Shown in pieces: positions 1-12,515 of a stretch of DNA of 32,000 bases (within the stretch, counting starts at the first letter, position 1; every line of letters starts with the position of its first letter). The notes below the pieces were generated by a model. That model was not told where the DNA came from. It saw only the letters and a program-made list of their open reading frames with translations, and made no database searches. The DNA is from Candidatus Saganbacteria bacterium (lineage in GTDB: Bacteria > Margulisbacteria > WOR-1 > JAKLHX01): NCBI GenBank assembly GCA_026387835.1, contig JAPLKZ010000005.1:243071-275070 (forward strand). The letters run 5' to 3'. The position numbers and the translations under genes are program-made.

Positions 1-1609
<1,609 letters not shown>

Positions 1610-1617
<8 letters not shown>

Positions 1618-2866
1618 ACTACTCATAAAAGGCGGCCCGCCGCTGCACGGCAGCGTTAAGATCAGCGGGGCAAAGAACTCCGCTCTGCCCATAATGGCCG
1701 CCTCACTTCTTTTAAACGGCGAATCCCATCTTACGAATATCCCTCTTTTAAATGATGTCGTTACGATGATAAGAGTGCTGCGCGTGCTCGGCCTCAGAGT
1801 GGAGTACAGCGAGCCCAACACCGTGCATGTATGGGTGAACGGCAAGATAAAACATGTCGCGCCTTACGAACTGGTCACAAAAATGAGAGCTTCTTTTTTT
1901 ATCATAGGTCCGATACTTGCGCGAATGGGACTGGCAAAAGTCCCTCTTCCCGGAGGATGCGCGATAGGTTTCAGGCCGGTCAATTATTATATAAAAGGCC
2001 TCGAGGCTCTGGGCGCAAGCATAGAAATGGAACACGGTTTTGTAATAGCGAAGGCAAAAAAACTTAAGGGCGCGAAAATATACCTGGATTTTCCTTCTGT
2101 CGGAGCTACGGAGAGCCTGATGATGGCGGCGACTTTAGCGGAAGGCAAAACGGTCATAGAGAACGCCGCGCAGGAGCCGGAGATAGGCGATCTTGCCATC
2201 TATCTTAAAAGATGCGGAGCTCTTATAGAAGGAGAGGGGACAGAGACGATAACGATAACGGGAGTGGAAAAACTGAAAGGCTGCGAGCATAAAATAATAC
2301 CTGACAGGATAGAAGCCGGCACTTTTCTCCTGCTGGGTTCGACGCCGAACAGCAGAGTAACAGTGGAAAATGTCATCCCGGACCACCTGATAGCGGTAAC
2401 GACTAAGCTGTCGGACTGCGGGGCCAGTATCAAGACCGAAGGCGGAAAGATGATCGTGAGCGGGCCTAAAAAGATAAAAGCCGTTAATTTTAAGACCCTT
2501 CCTTATCCGGGCTTCCCGACGGATATGCAGTCCCAGTTCACATCGCTTTTGTCCGTGGCGGACGGCACAAGCGTCATAAACGAGACGATATTCGAGAACA
2601 GGTTCATGCATGTTCAGGAGCTTAAAAGGATGGGCGCGGACATACAGATCGAAGGACACAGCGTGATAATAAACGGGGTGGACAAATTATCGGGAGCGCC
2701 GGTAAGGGCTTCCGATCTCCGTGCCGGAGCGGCCCTGACCATAGCCGGCCTGATCGCCGACGGCGAGACATTGATAGATGATATTGACAGGCACATAGAC
2801 AGGGGATATGAGAAATTCGCACAGAAATTAAAAGGACTGGGTGCTGATGTCCAGGAAATTGCGTAG
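1610..2866 (+). CDS. murA: UDP-N-acetylglucosamine 1-carboxyvinyltransferase
   Basis: ISGAKNSALPIMAASLL near the N-terminus and full-length EPT/MurA-type architecture; likely ATG at 1610 (MRKLLIKGG). Confidence 0.96.
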
Positions 2867-3257
2867 AATAGCTGAATTGGTGGTAAAAGGGGAAGCGTTG
2901 CGAGCGGGCCTGCCCGCATTGCTACGCAAAGCGTTGCAGGCGGGCAGGGGGAAAGTCGAAATAACCTTTGTCGATGACGCTGTTATAAGAAGCCTGAACA
3001 GAAAGTTCAGGAAGATCGACAAAGCAACAGATGTCCTATCTTTTAATATGGACGATGAGGATATCCTGGGTGAGGTCGTAATATCAAAAGACACGGCTAA
3101 AAGGAACGCGGCAAGGTACGCGGTAAGTTATGAAAAAGAAACGGAGCGGCTTGTGATACACGGCACTCTCCATCTTTTAGGCTTCGGCCATGACAGGAAA
3201 TCTGATAGAATAGTGATGAGAAAGAAAGAAACATATTATGCCGAGAAAATTAGCTAG
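2841..3257 (+). CDS. ybeY: rRNA maturation endoribonuclease YbeY
   Basis: HGTLHLLGFGHD metal-binding motif (HxxxHxxGxxH) and the preceding TDVLSFNMD. Confidence 0.95.
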   Translation: MLMSRKLRRIAELVVKGEALRAGLPALLRKALQAGRGKVEITFVDDAVIRSLNRKFRKIDKATDVLSFNMDDEDILGEVVISKDTAKRNAARYAVSYEKETERLVIHGTLHLLGFGHDRKSDRIVMRKKETYYAEKIS

Positions 3258-3608
3258 AAGCATAACGTATGCACTCCGGGGCATAAGGCTCTCGTTCCGC
3301 TCGCAGAGGAACCTCAGTATCCATCTTTTTACCGGAAGTATCGCTTTCTTACTTGCCATAATCCTTCATATAAGTGTGATAGAGATGGTAGTAATACTGG
3401 TGGTCATCGGTTTGGTGATCGTGGCCGAGATGTTAAATACCGCCATGGAAGAGATCGTCAACTTGTTCACTTTGAGCCGCAAGATAAGGGCCATGGTGGC
3501 GAAGGATGTCGCCGCCGGAGCGGTGCTTGTGGCATGCAGCACTGCGGTAGTGGTCGGATGCATGATATTCCTTCACAGGATAGTGAATATCCTGCTGAGA
3601 GGCCGTTT

Positions 3609-3612
<4 letters not shown>
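3238..3612 (+). CDS. dgkA: diacylglycerol/undecaprenol kinase family membrane protein
   Basis: AEMLNTAMEEIVNLFTLSRKIRAMVAKDVAAGAVLV is the DgkA family signature; three hydrophobic helices. Confidence 0.93.
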
Positions 3613-6525
<2,913 letters not shown>

Positions 6526-6688
6526 GGTACACACAGAGTGATCCTCCGACGCGTTCATTTTTAAAAATATAATGTACAAGAATCTCTTTTATATCTACGA
6601 TATTAATATGATTGATATAATGTGATAATTAAGATAAAGGAACGGTATCGGCTTATTCATTCAAAATCGCCCATAAAAGGCTTAAAAA

Positions 6689-7612
6689 ATGGTTGATATC
6701 AAAAAGATCATTGTTGGTGCAGAAGGACCCTGCAGCTCATGGATGCAGGGCTTTGACCCCAGTGACCGTAAAACCGGAAATACTATGTCTAAACTAATTA
6801 AAAAATATAATGACAAACACACGGACAGTAAGCTAGGGTTATCATTCACCAGAGACAATGCGACTGCCAGGTTCACGATCAGTAATTCGCGTTCAGTCAC
6901 AAAAGGAACAATGAACGACTTGTTTTCTTGCGAGGATTATTTTTTTTCATATCCAAAGATAGACGAAGAACGCGATCATAACGGAAACCTGCAAGGGTCC
7001 CTTGTTTTCAGCAACCCGAATAAAGATCAGAGAACCGGCAAGAGAATAATAAACGGGCAGGTCACTACAAAACTTATAGAGAGCTCTCCTGATTCGAAGA
7101 CAGCCAAGGAAATTCCTGTAGGCGCATGTTTTCTGGCTGAGTATAATAAAGAAACTACCGCTCTCCAGACAAGGTTCCTAGAAACATGCATAGCAGTGAC
7201 TTTTTACGAACCGGGTACAAAAACCGGGGTCCTCGCGCATTTCGACAGCCAGGAAAAAGCCAAAGAACTAAAAAATGTGATTAATACCCTTAAAAATAAA
7301 GGGATCGATCTTTCAAAAGTACAGGTCAGCATCATCGGAGGGGACGGGTCCGATCCATCTAACAGGACATTTATCGAGATCAGCAAGATCCTGGACGATG
7401 AAATGGTCCCGATCACCGAGACTAATATCGGGTTCCACGCCAGCCGGCCGTTCAATATAAATCTTGATCTGTCAAACGGGAAAATAACCAGCTATAAAGA
7501 AACGATCCAATATAAAAACGATCCATCTTACAATGAGAATTTCTTTAAAAAATTCGGGGATTTCACCGAAAGGAACAATTTGGTGATAATCGATGAACTG
7601 CCTGACATTTAG
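6689..7612 (+). CDS. CheD-like (CNF1/CheD deamidase fold) standalone protein with an uncharacterised ~140-aa N-terminal region
   Basis: TRFLETCIAVTFYEPGTKTGVLAHF resembles the CheD core (TyGLGSCVAVCLYDPxxxxGGxAHF), followed by VSIIGG and FxExxKILDDEMVPITETNIG...GKITSYKE like the CheD C-terminal half. Confidence 0.6.
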   Translation: MVDIKKIIVGAEGPCSSWMQGFDPSDRKTGNTMSKLIKKYNDKHTDSKLGLSFTRDNATARFTISNSRSVTKGTMNDLFSCEDYFFSYPKIDEERDHNGNLQGSLVFSNPNKDQRTGKRIINGQVTTKLIESSPDSKTAKEIPVGACFLAEYNKETTALQTRFLETCIAVTFYEPGTKTGVLAHFDSQEKAKELKNVINTLKNKGIDLSKVQVSIIGGDGSDPSNRTFIEISKILDDEMVPITETNIGFHASRPFNINLDLSNGKITSYKETIQYKNDPSYNENFFKKFGDFTERNNLVIIDELPDI

Positions 7613-7772
7613 GCGCCTGGTCGTACTATTAAATATATTTTGACAACCTGAACCCCTTCAATGCCTAAGTAAAACCCTCCAGAACAATATTCACAACAGC
7701 TTCTTTGCAGTATATAATGGTAAGCGGAGGAGTGGCCCCCGATAGGGAATCGGGGCAGGCGAGTGGTTTAAT

Positions 7773-7860
7773 GGAGGGATGGCCGAGTGGTTGATGGCGG
7801 CGGTCTCGAAAACCGTTTCCCGATCTAATCGGGACGCAGGTTCGAATCCTGCTCCCTCCG
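7773..7860 (+). tRNA. tRNA-Ser(CGA)
   Basis: 88 nt; acceptor GGAGGGA/TCCCTCC, anticodon loop CTCGAAA, long variable arm, T-loop GGTTCGAATCC, discriminator G. Confidence 0.95.
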
Positions 7861-7881
7861 ATTTTTTATGGGAGGTCATTT

Positions 7882-8364
7882 ATGAAAGTATTGGTAGCCT
7901 ATTATTCGAGGGATGGTGCGACAAGGAAAGCGGCGGAAAGCATCGCGGGCATATTGAAATGCGATATCGAGGAGATAATCGACACCAGGAACAGGAAGGG
8001 CCTGTGGGGTTTCATGACCGGCGGTTTTGACGCGCAGTTCAAAAAACTGACAGTCATACAAGAGATGAAAAAAGATGCTTCGGCTTATGACCTGGTCGTG
8101 ATCGGGACACCTATATGGTCTTCGAAAATGGTCCCGGCAATAAGGACGTATATCATCCAGAACGTAAAAAAAATGAAAAACATAGCAATATTCTGCTGCT
8201 TCGGAGGATACGGAGATAAAAAAACTTTCAATGATATAGAAACACTGTGCGAGAAACGCGCGGCGTCAAAAGCATCGTTCAAGAGAAATGAAGTGAAGAC
8301 CGGCGAGTTCATCCAGAAGGCAAAAGAATTTGCGGGCGAGATACAGAACAGGGAGGCGATCTAA
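7882..8364 (+). CDS. flavodoxin family protein
   Basis: MKVLVAYYSRDGATRKAAESIAG (FMN phosphate loop), VIGTPIWSSKM, FCCFGGYGDKKTFND. Confidence 0.88.
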   Translation: MKVLVAYYSRDGATRKAAESIAGILKCDIEEIIDTRNRKGLWGFMTGGFDAQFKKLTVIQEMKKDASAYDLVVIGTPIWSSKMVPAIRTYIIQNVKKMKNIAIFCCFGGYGDKKTFNDIETLCEKRAASKASFKRNEVKTGEFIQKAKEFAGEIQNREAI

Positions 8365-8535
8365 ATGAACAAGTTCACGATGATGAAGGCCGGCGGTCTT
8401 TTAACACTGGTATTGCTCGCATGCACGGCAATTATAGGATATCTCCATCTTGGAATTAAGCTGCATGTGATCTTTGCTATGCTGACACTGGTAGCTGCTT
8501 TATCGCACGTGTTTATTGTTATAAAGAAGGCTTGA
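8365..8535 (+). CDS. small (56 aa) two-helix membrane protein
   Basis: MNKFTMMKAGGLLTLVLLACTAIIGYLHLGIKLHVIFAMLTLVAALSHVFIVIKKA; ATG directly follows the flavodoxin stop. Confidence 0.55.
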   Translation: MNKFTMMKAGGLLTLVLLACTAIIGYLHLGIKLHVIFAMLTLVAALSHVFIVIKKA

Positions 8536-8603
8536 GTTTGAGTGTGAGTTTTGAGTGTTGAGTTTTTTACTCAAGACTAATTACTCAAACTTAGTACTTA
8601 AAT

Positions 8604-8690
8604 GGAGGGGTGGCCGAGTGGTTGAAGGCGCTCGCCTGGAAAGCGTGTTTACGTGAAAGCGTAACGTGGGTTCGAATCCCACCTCCTCCG
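8604..8690 (+). tRNA. tRNA-Ser(GGA), island attachment locus
   Basis: 87 nt; acceptor GGAGGGG/CTCCTCC, anticodon loop CTGGAAA, long variable arm, T-arm GTGGGTTCGAATCCCAC, discriminator G. Confidence 0.95.
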
Positions 8691-10127
8691 ATGATTGAGA
8701 TATTGAGCGTTTTTAAAAAGCGGCCGCCAGCCGATCCTAGAATCAAATTGTAATTTTTTGCCTTTCAAAATAAAGTTCGAGCCGATATTTTTTAGGAATG
8801 TAAGGATTTCTTCATAATTATTTGTGGCGATAAGATTTTTGGCTTGGCATCCGGATAAAATAATCTCTTTCATCGGTTCGAGCCAATTATTTCCCTTTTG
8901 TTCAAAATCCTTTATCTTTTGTTGTATGTCCAGCTTTTCGTTTAATAGGGCATTCTTTTTTACCTGATATGTTTCCGGGTCTATGCCTTCCCCCTCTATG
9001 AACAGATCAAGCAGTTTATCCATTTTTACTGCAATATCAGATTTCTTTTGTTGCAGATTTTGAACAAAAGATTTTGTTTCTGCTTGAGCAAGCTCTTTTT
9101 CGTTATTGAGGTCTATCAGCATTTTCTTCACCCAGTCATCAGGGATTATCGTTTTGCTGATAGCATCTTTCATCTGATCGATTATGGATTCCTGGCGCGT
9201 ATATTTCTCATCACACTTTTGCTTTTTCTTAGTGCAGCGATAATAGATATGGCCTTTTTGCTTTTCGGCGGTTATCATACAACCACAATTGCCGCATCGC
9301 ATCAGTCCAGAAAAAGCAAATTCATGTTTTCGTTTGCGCTTTTTCTTGCCTCTATTGGCCATTACTTGTTGAGCTTGCTCATATAGAGATTTGGAAATAA
9401 TTGGCTCGTGAGTTCCTTCGTGCATTTCTCCGTTATATCGGAATACTCCATAATAAAAAGGACTTTTTAACATGTGCTGGACACGGGCAGGAACGAGGAT
9501 ATATCCACGATAGCTTTTCATCCCGGCTCTTTCAAGGAATTGCTTTATTGAAAGCAATGTATAGTCACCGGTTGCATACAGCTCAAATGCCTTTCGTATT
9601 AGCGGAGCTTTTTCAGTATCAACTTCAATTCCTTTTGTCTTGTAATTGTTTAGATACCCCAATGGAGCAAATGCAGGCCAAATACCGTTACGCACTTTCT
9701 GCCGATGTCCTCGTTTTACATTCTCGCTTAGATTATCTATGTAATACTTGCTTTGGCCAAAGGCGATATTTAACATGAATTTTCCTTGAGGTGTAGAATC
9801 AAACCAGAAGGTCGGGAACTTGAGATCTTTCAGCCTGCCCGTGTCCAGCAAGTAAATAATTTTGCCTCCATCTATTGAATTGCGTGCTAATCTGTCCGGA
9901 TGCCAAGCCAAAACGCCACAAGCTTCACCTTTTTCAATCCGATCAAGCATTTCATTGAATATTTCTCTGCCGGGTTCTTTGGCAGTTTTTGCCTCGCAGA
10001 GCGAGGCGACGATTTCAAGTTTTTCTTTGGCGGCAAATTCTTTTAGCTCAACCAATTGTGCCTCAATGGATAATATCTGTCTTTCTTCCGAATCAGTTGA
10101 TTTCCGGGCATAAAGGAAATACTTCAT
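8649..10127 (-). CDS. large serine recombinase; reading frame runs into the tRNA-Ser gene
   Basis: MKYFLYARKSTDSEERQILSIEAQ catalytic start, PDRLARNSIDGGKI, FKxAF/Recombinase domain, zinc ribbon CGNCGCMIT...YYRCTKKKQKC, coiled-coil. Start at 10127 behind AAAGGAGGAGGG. Confidence 0.96.
   Translation of the reverse strand: MKYFLYARKSTDSEERQILSIEAQLVELKEFAAKEKLEIVASLCEAKTAKEPGREIFNEMLDRIEKGEACGVLAWHPDRLARNSIDGGKIIYLLDTGRLKDLKFPTFWFDSTPQGKFMLNIAFGQSKYYIDNLSENVKRGHRQKVRNGIWPAFAPLGYLNNYKTKGIEVDTEKAPLIRKAFELYATGDYTLLSIKQFLERAGMKSYRGYILVPARVQHMLKSPFYYGVFRYNGEMHEGTHEPIISKSLYEQAQQVMANRGKKKRKRKHEFAFSGLMRCGNCGCMITAEKQKGHIYYRCTKKKQKCDEKYTRQESIIDQMKDAISKTIIPDDWVKKMLIDLNNEKELAQAETKSFVQNLQQKKSDIAVKMDKLLDLFIEGEGIDPETYQVKKNALLNEKLDIQQKIKDFEQKGNNWLEPMKEIILSGCQAKNLIATNNYEEILTFLKNIGSNFILKGKKLQFDSRIGWRPLFKNAQYLNHRRRWDSNPRYAFT
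8687..8763. repeat. arm P' (left copy) of the inverted repeat flanking the recombinase segment
   Basis: CCGATGATTGAGAT(8 nt)CGTTTTTAAAAAGCGGCCGCCAGCCGATCC...AATTTTTTGCC matches the reverse complement of 10219-10286, apart from the 8-nt block and a 7-nt gap. Confidence 0.9.
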
Positions 10128-10178
10128 AATCCCTCCTCCTTTCAATATAGATATCGGTCAAAAAGCCCGCTTTTGGCC

Positions 10179-10215
10179 AGCTTCATTTGGAGTATTTATT
10201 GCTCCAAATGGAGCT
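10179..10215. promoter_or_regulatory. 14-bp near-perfect hairpin upstream of the recombinase gene
   Basis: AGCTTCATTTGGAG-TATTTATTG-CTCCAAATGGAGCT (13/14 paired). Confidence 0.5.
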
Positions 10216-10218
10216 GTA

Positions 10219-10288
10219 AGGCAAAAAATTCCAATTTGGATCGGCTGGCGGCCGCTTTTTAAAAACGGCGGAAATCTCAATCATCGGG
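10219..10288. repeat. arm P' (right copy, inverted) with decayed recombinase C-terminal coding
   Basis: GGCAAAAAATTCCAATTTGGATCGGCTGGCGGCCGCTTTTTAAAAACGGCGGAAATCTCAATCATCGG is the inverse of the 8687-8763 arm. Confidence 0.9.
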
Positions 10289-10395
10289 AACTATATAAAA
10301 ATATCAGAACCGAGATGACCGCCGATCCTTAGGGCGGCGGTTGCCGCCGTCCAACCGCCGCCCCGTTCCCGCTGCTGGGCGACCTTTTCGGATTG
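10284..10395. repeat. 112-bp inverted repeat, left copy
   Basis: TCGGGAACTATATAAAAATATCAGAACCGAG...GACCTTTTCGGATTG; only 2 mismatches to the reverse complement of 14958-15069. Confidence 0.97.
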
Positions 10396-10495
10396 AAAAA
10401 CTGCCAAAGAACCCAAAAATATCGGCTCAAACTTTATTTTGGCCAAAAGCGGGCTTTTTGAATTCCGGATTGTCCCCGACCACCCACCCCTGAAT
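10396..10495 (+). pseudogene. remnant of a second serine recombinase: N-terminal KTAKEP fused to C-terminal KNIGSNFIL..., large internal deletion
   Basis: AAAAACTGCCAAAGAACCC is identical (19 nt) to the intact recombinase around KTAKEP. The following AAAAATATCGGCTCAAACTTTATTTTG matches its KNIGSNFIL region with one mismatch. Confidence 0.75.
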
Positions 10496-10539
10496 AAATT
10501 GATAAATAACGCAATTATTGTTAGTATTATATTGAAAGG

Positions 10540-10560
10540 TAGCATATCAATAATATGCTA
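10540..10560. promoter_or_regulatory. candidate operator palindrome for the adjacent Xre regulator
   Basis: TAGCATAT-CAATA-ATATGCTA perfect 8+8 bp dyad, overlapping a plausible TTGAAA (10532)/TATGCT (10554) promoter and 17 nt before the HTH ATG. Confidence 0.55.
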
Positions 10561-10576
10561 TCAATTAAATGATATA

Positions 10577-10783
10577 ATGTCAATAAATAATAATATAGGA
10601 AAGAATATCAAACGTTTACGCACAAAATTAGGCTTCTCGCAAGAGACCTTGGCTGTAAAATCAGATGTAAAATACACGACTCTTACTAAGATTGAGAGTA
10701 ATGTTATAAAGAAACCCTCAGTATTGCTAATGGCAAAAATCGCAAATATATTAAATGTTCAAATTGAGGAGCTAATAAAATAA
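10577..10783 (+). CDS. Xre/Cro-family HTH transcriptional regulator (68 aa)
   Basis: IGKNIKRLRTKLGFSQETLAVKSDVKYTTLTKIESNVIKKPSVLLMAKIANILNVQIEELIK. Confidence 0.92.
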   Translation: MSINNNIGKNIKRLRTKLGFSQETLAVKSDVKYTTLTKIESNVIKKPSVLLMAKIANILNVQIEELIK

Positions 10784-10787
10784 CCAT

Positions 10788-11483
10788 ATGAAATATGAAT
10801 TGGAAATTTATAATAGAAATGTGCCTGATGAGCATCTTCTTGATGATTTAAAAGCAGTTGCTAAGAAATTAGGCAGGTCTTCTGTGACTCATGAGGAATA
10901 TAATAAAAATGGGAAGTATAATAGTACAACTTATATGCGAAGATTTGGTGGTTGGTTTAAATCGTTAGAAATGGCAGGGCTCCAAAAAACAAGAACGCCA
11001 GCTAATGTTTCCGAAGATGACTTGTTTAACAATATTGAAGAGATTTGGATAAAACTCGGCAGACAACCACGATATCAAGAAGTTAGAACCCCATTATCAA
11101 AATATTGTGCAGGAACATACGAAAACAGATTTGGAACATGGCGGAAGGCACTAGAAGCTTTCATAGATTATATTAATAAGGATCAAGATAAATGTTCAAA
11201 TGAAATATCTCAAAAAGAGATAAAATCCGGAGAGACTTCTAAATCTAATAAACACATAAAGATGACAAAAAGAGAAATATCGGATAGATTGCGTTTCCGG
11301 ATATTATTAAGAGATGGTTTTACGTGCAGAAAATGTGGCCGCAGTCCGCTGAAGAATCCAGGAATCGAATTGCATGTTGATCATATCCTTCCTTGGTCCA
11401 AAGGTGGCGAGACAACGATTGAGAATCTCGAGACGAAATGCGAAAAATGCAATCTGGGTAAAGGGAATGCATTTGATGTTTGA
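10788..11483 (+). CDS. HNH endonuclease with two N-terminal HNH-associated repeats
   Basis: LGRSSVTHEEYNKNG...TYMRRFGGWFKSLEMAGL and LGRQPRYQEVR...TYENRFGTWRKALEAF repeats, then FTCRKCGRSP...ELHVDHILPWSKGGETTIENLETKCEKCNLGKGN. Confidence 0.92.
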   Translation: MKYELEIYNRNVPDEHLLDDLKAVAKKLGRSSVTHEEYNKNGKYNSTTYMRRFGGWFKSLEMAGLQKTRTPANVSEDDLFNNIEEIWIKLGRQPRYQEVRTPLSKYCAGTYENRFGTWRKALEAFIDYINKDQDKCSNEISQKEIKSGETSKSNKHIKMTKREISDRLRFRILLRDGFTCRKCGRSPLKNPGIELHVDHILPWSKGGETTIENLETKCEKCNLGKGNAFDV

Positions 11484-11537
11484 TTCTTATATAGAAATGG
11501 GTAATGTCTTAGAGCAGTTAATAAGGATTGTAATAAC

Positions 11538-12449
11538 ATGGCAAATATAACATGCAAAGCGAATAATCTAAGCGGGAAAAGATGCAAAAGGAATCCTCTG
11601 AAATCTGGGTTTTGTCCAACTCATGACCCGGAAATATTAAATAAAAAAGAAGAACAGAAGAAGGCTGATGAAAAAAAGCGACAAAAAATAGATGAATTAT
11701 TATCTATTGTCACAAAAACATGTAAGGCAAATGGTTGGGGCTGGGAAGTTGATGCATTTGATGATAATGATTTTTCTTCAGCCATTGTTAATGTTCATAA
11801 ATATGTTTCAGGTCAAGACATTTCAGCATTGTTTCACATTAATATATCAAAAGACAATATTCAGTATAGGATTGAGAAAACATCATTTTACGGATACGGC
11901 GTTGAGGCATTAATGAGTTCAATATCAAGTGCATTTGAAAGAAAAGGATTTGTTAGTCCAAAATCACTAGGAGGTGAACCAAATAAAAAGAATTCCTTAT
12001 TAGATGTTTTGCCGATAATATTTGAACGATTTCATGTTGTGGCAACGCAGCTGTCAAATCGTTATAATAAGAGACCTACATTGACAATTTCTGATGAATA
12101 TGACGTACAGGATCTTTTACATGCTCTCCTTCGAGTTCATTTTACCGATGTTAGGCCAGAGGAGTATACTCCCAGTTATGCGGGATCATCTTCAAGAATA
12201 GATTTCCTTCTCAAAGATGAGAAGACGCTTCTTGAGGTTAAATATGCAACAACTTCCTTAAAGGACAAAGCGATTGGAGAACAGTTAATAATAGATGTTG
12301 AGAAGTATAAAAGACACACCGATTGTGAAAACTTGTTTTGTTTCATATATAATCCAGGTTTTTCTATTAAGAATCCAAGCGGGCTAGAAAAAGATTTGTC
12401 AGGAAAAAATGGTAATATTAATGTTAAAGTATTCGTTTACCCAAAATAA
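11538..12449 (+). CDS. PD-(D/E)XK-type nuclease-like protein with an N-terminal C3H zinc-finger-like motif
   Basis: CKANNLSGKRCKRNPLKSGFCPTH N-terminal; VRPEEYTPSYAGSSSRIDFLLKDEKTLLEVKYA fits D-(x)n-ExK with a downstream GEQLIIDVEKYKRHTDCENLFCFIYNP. Confidence 0.72.
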   Translation: MANITCKANNLSGKRCKRNPLKSGFCPTHDPEILNKKEEQKKADEKKRQKIDELLSIVTKTCKANGWGWEVDAFDDNDFSSAIVNVHKYVSGQDISALFHINISKDNIQYRIEKTSFYGYGVEALMSSISSAFERKGFVSPKSLGGEPNKKNSLLDVLPIIFERFHVVATQLSNRYNKRPTLTISDEYDVQDLLHALLRVHFTDVRPEEYTPSYAGSSSRIDFLLKDEKTLLEVKYATTSLKDKAIGEQLIIDVEKYKRHTDCENLFCFIYNPGFSIKNPSGLEKDLSGKNGNINVKVFVYPK

Positions 12450-12463
12450 AATAGAAACTAAAA

Positions 12464-12514
12464 GAATTTGCCGCCAAAGCTCTTGGCGTTTCAATAGAGG
12501 AGTTAATGAAATAG
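12464..12514 (+). pseudogene. vestigial Xre-type C-terminal tail upstream of a cargo gene
   Basis: Frame reads EFAAKALGVSIEELMK*, stop immediately before the next ATG (12516). Paralogous DNA at 13888. Confidence 0.6.
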
Positions 12515-12515
12515 C

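Noticed and set aside
8536-8603. GAGTTTGAGTGTGAGTTTTGAGTGTTGAGTT...ACTCAAG...ACTCAAAC repeats before tRNA-Ser as a mobile element end
   Set aside because: The repeats are short and low-complexity and do not match the island arms or the CCGA junctions. They are more likely a weak terminator or simple sequence.
8649-8690. NHRRRWDSNPRYAFT as a meaningful conserved protein motif
   Set aside because: It is translation of the antisense strand of the tRNA-Ser T-arm and acceptor region, a known reading artefact. The interest is only that the recombinase stop lies there.
10291-10545. 84-aa reverse-strand ORF (and part of ORF 10439-10783 upstream of 10577)
   Set aside because: It covers the inverted repeat, recombinase remnant and operator. 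The HTH gene most likely starts at ATG 10577.
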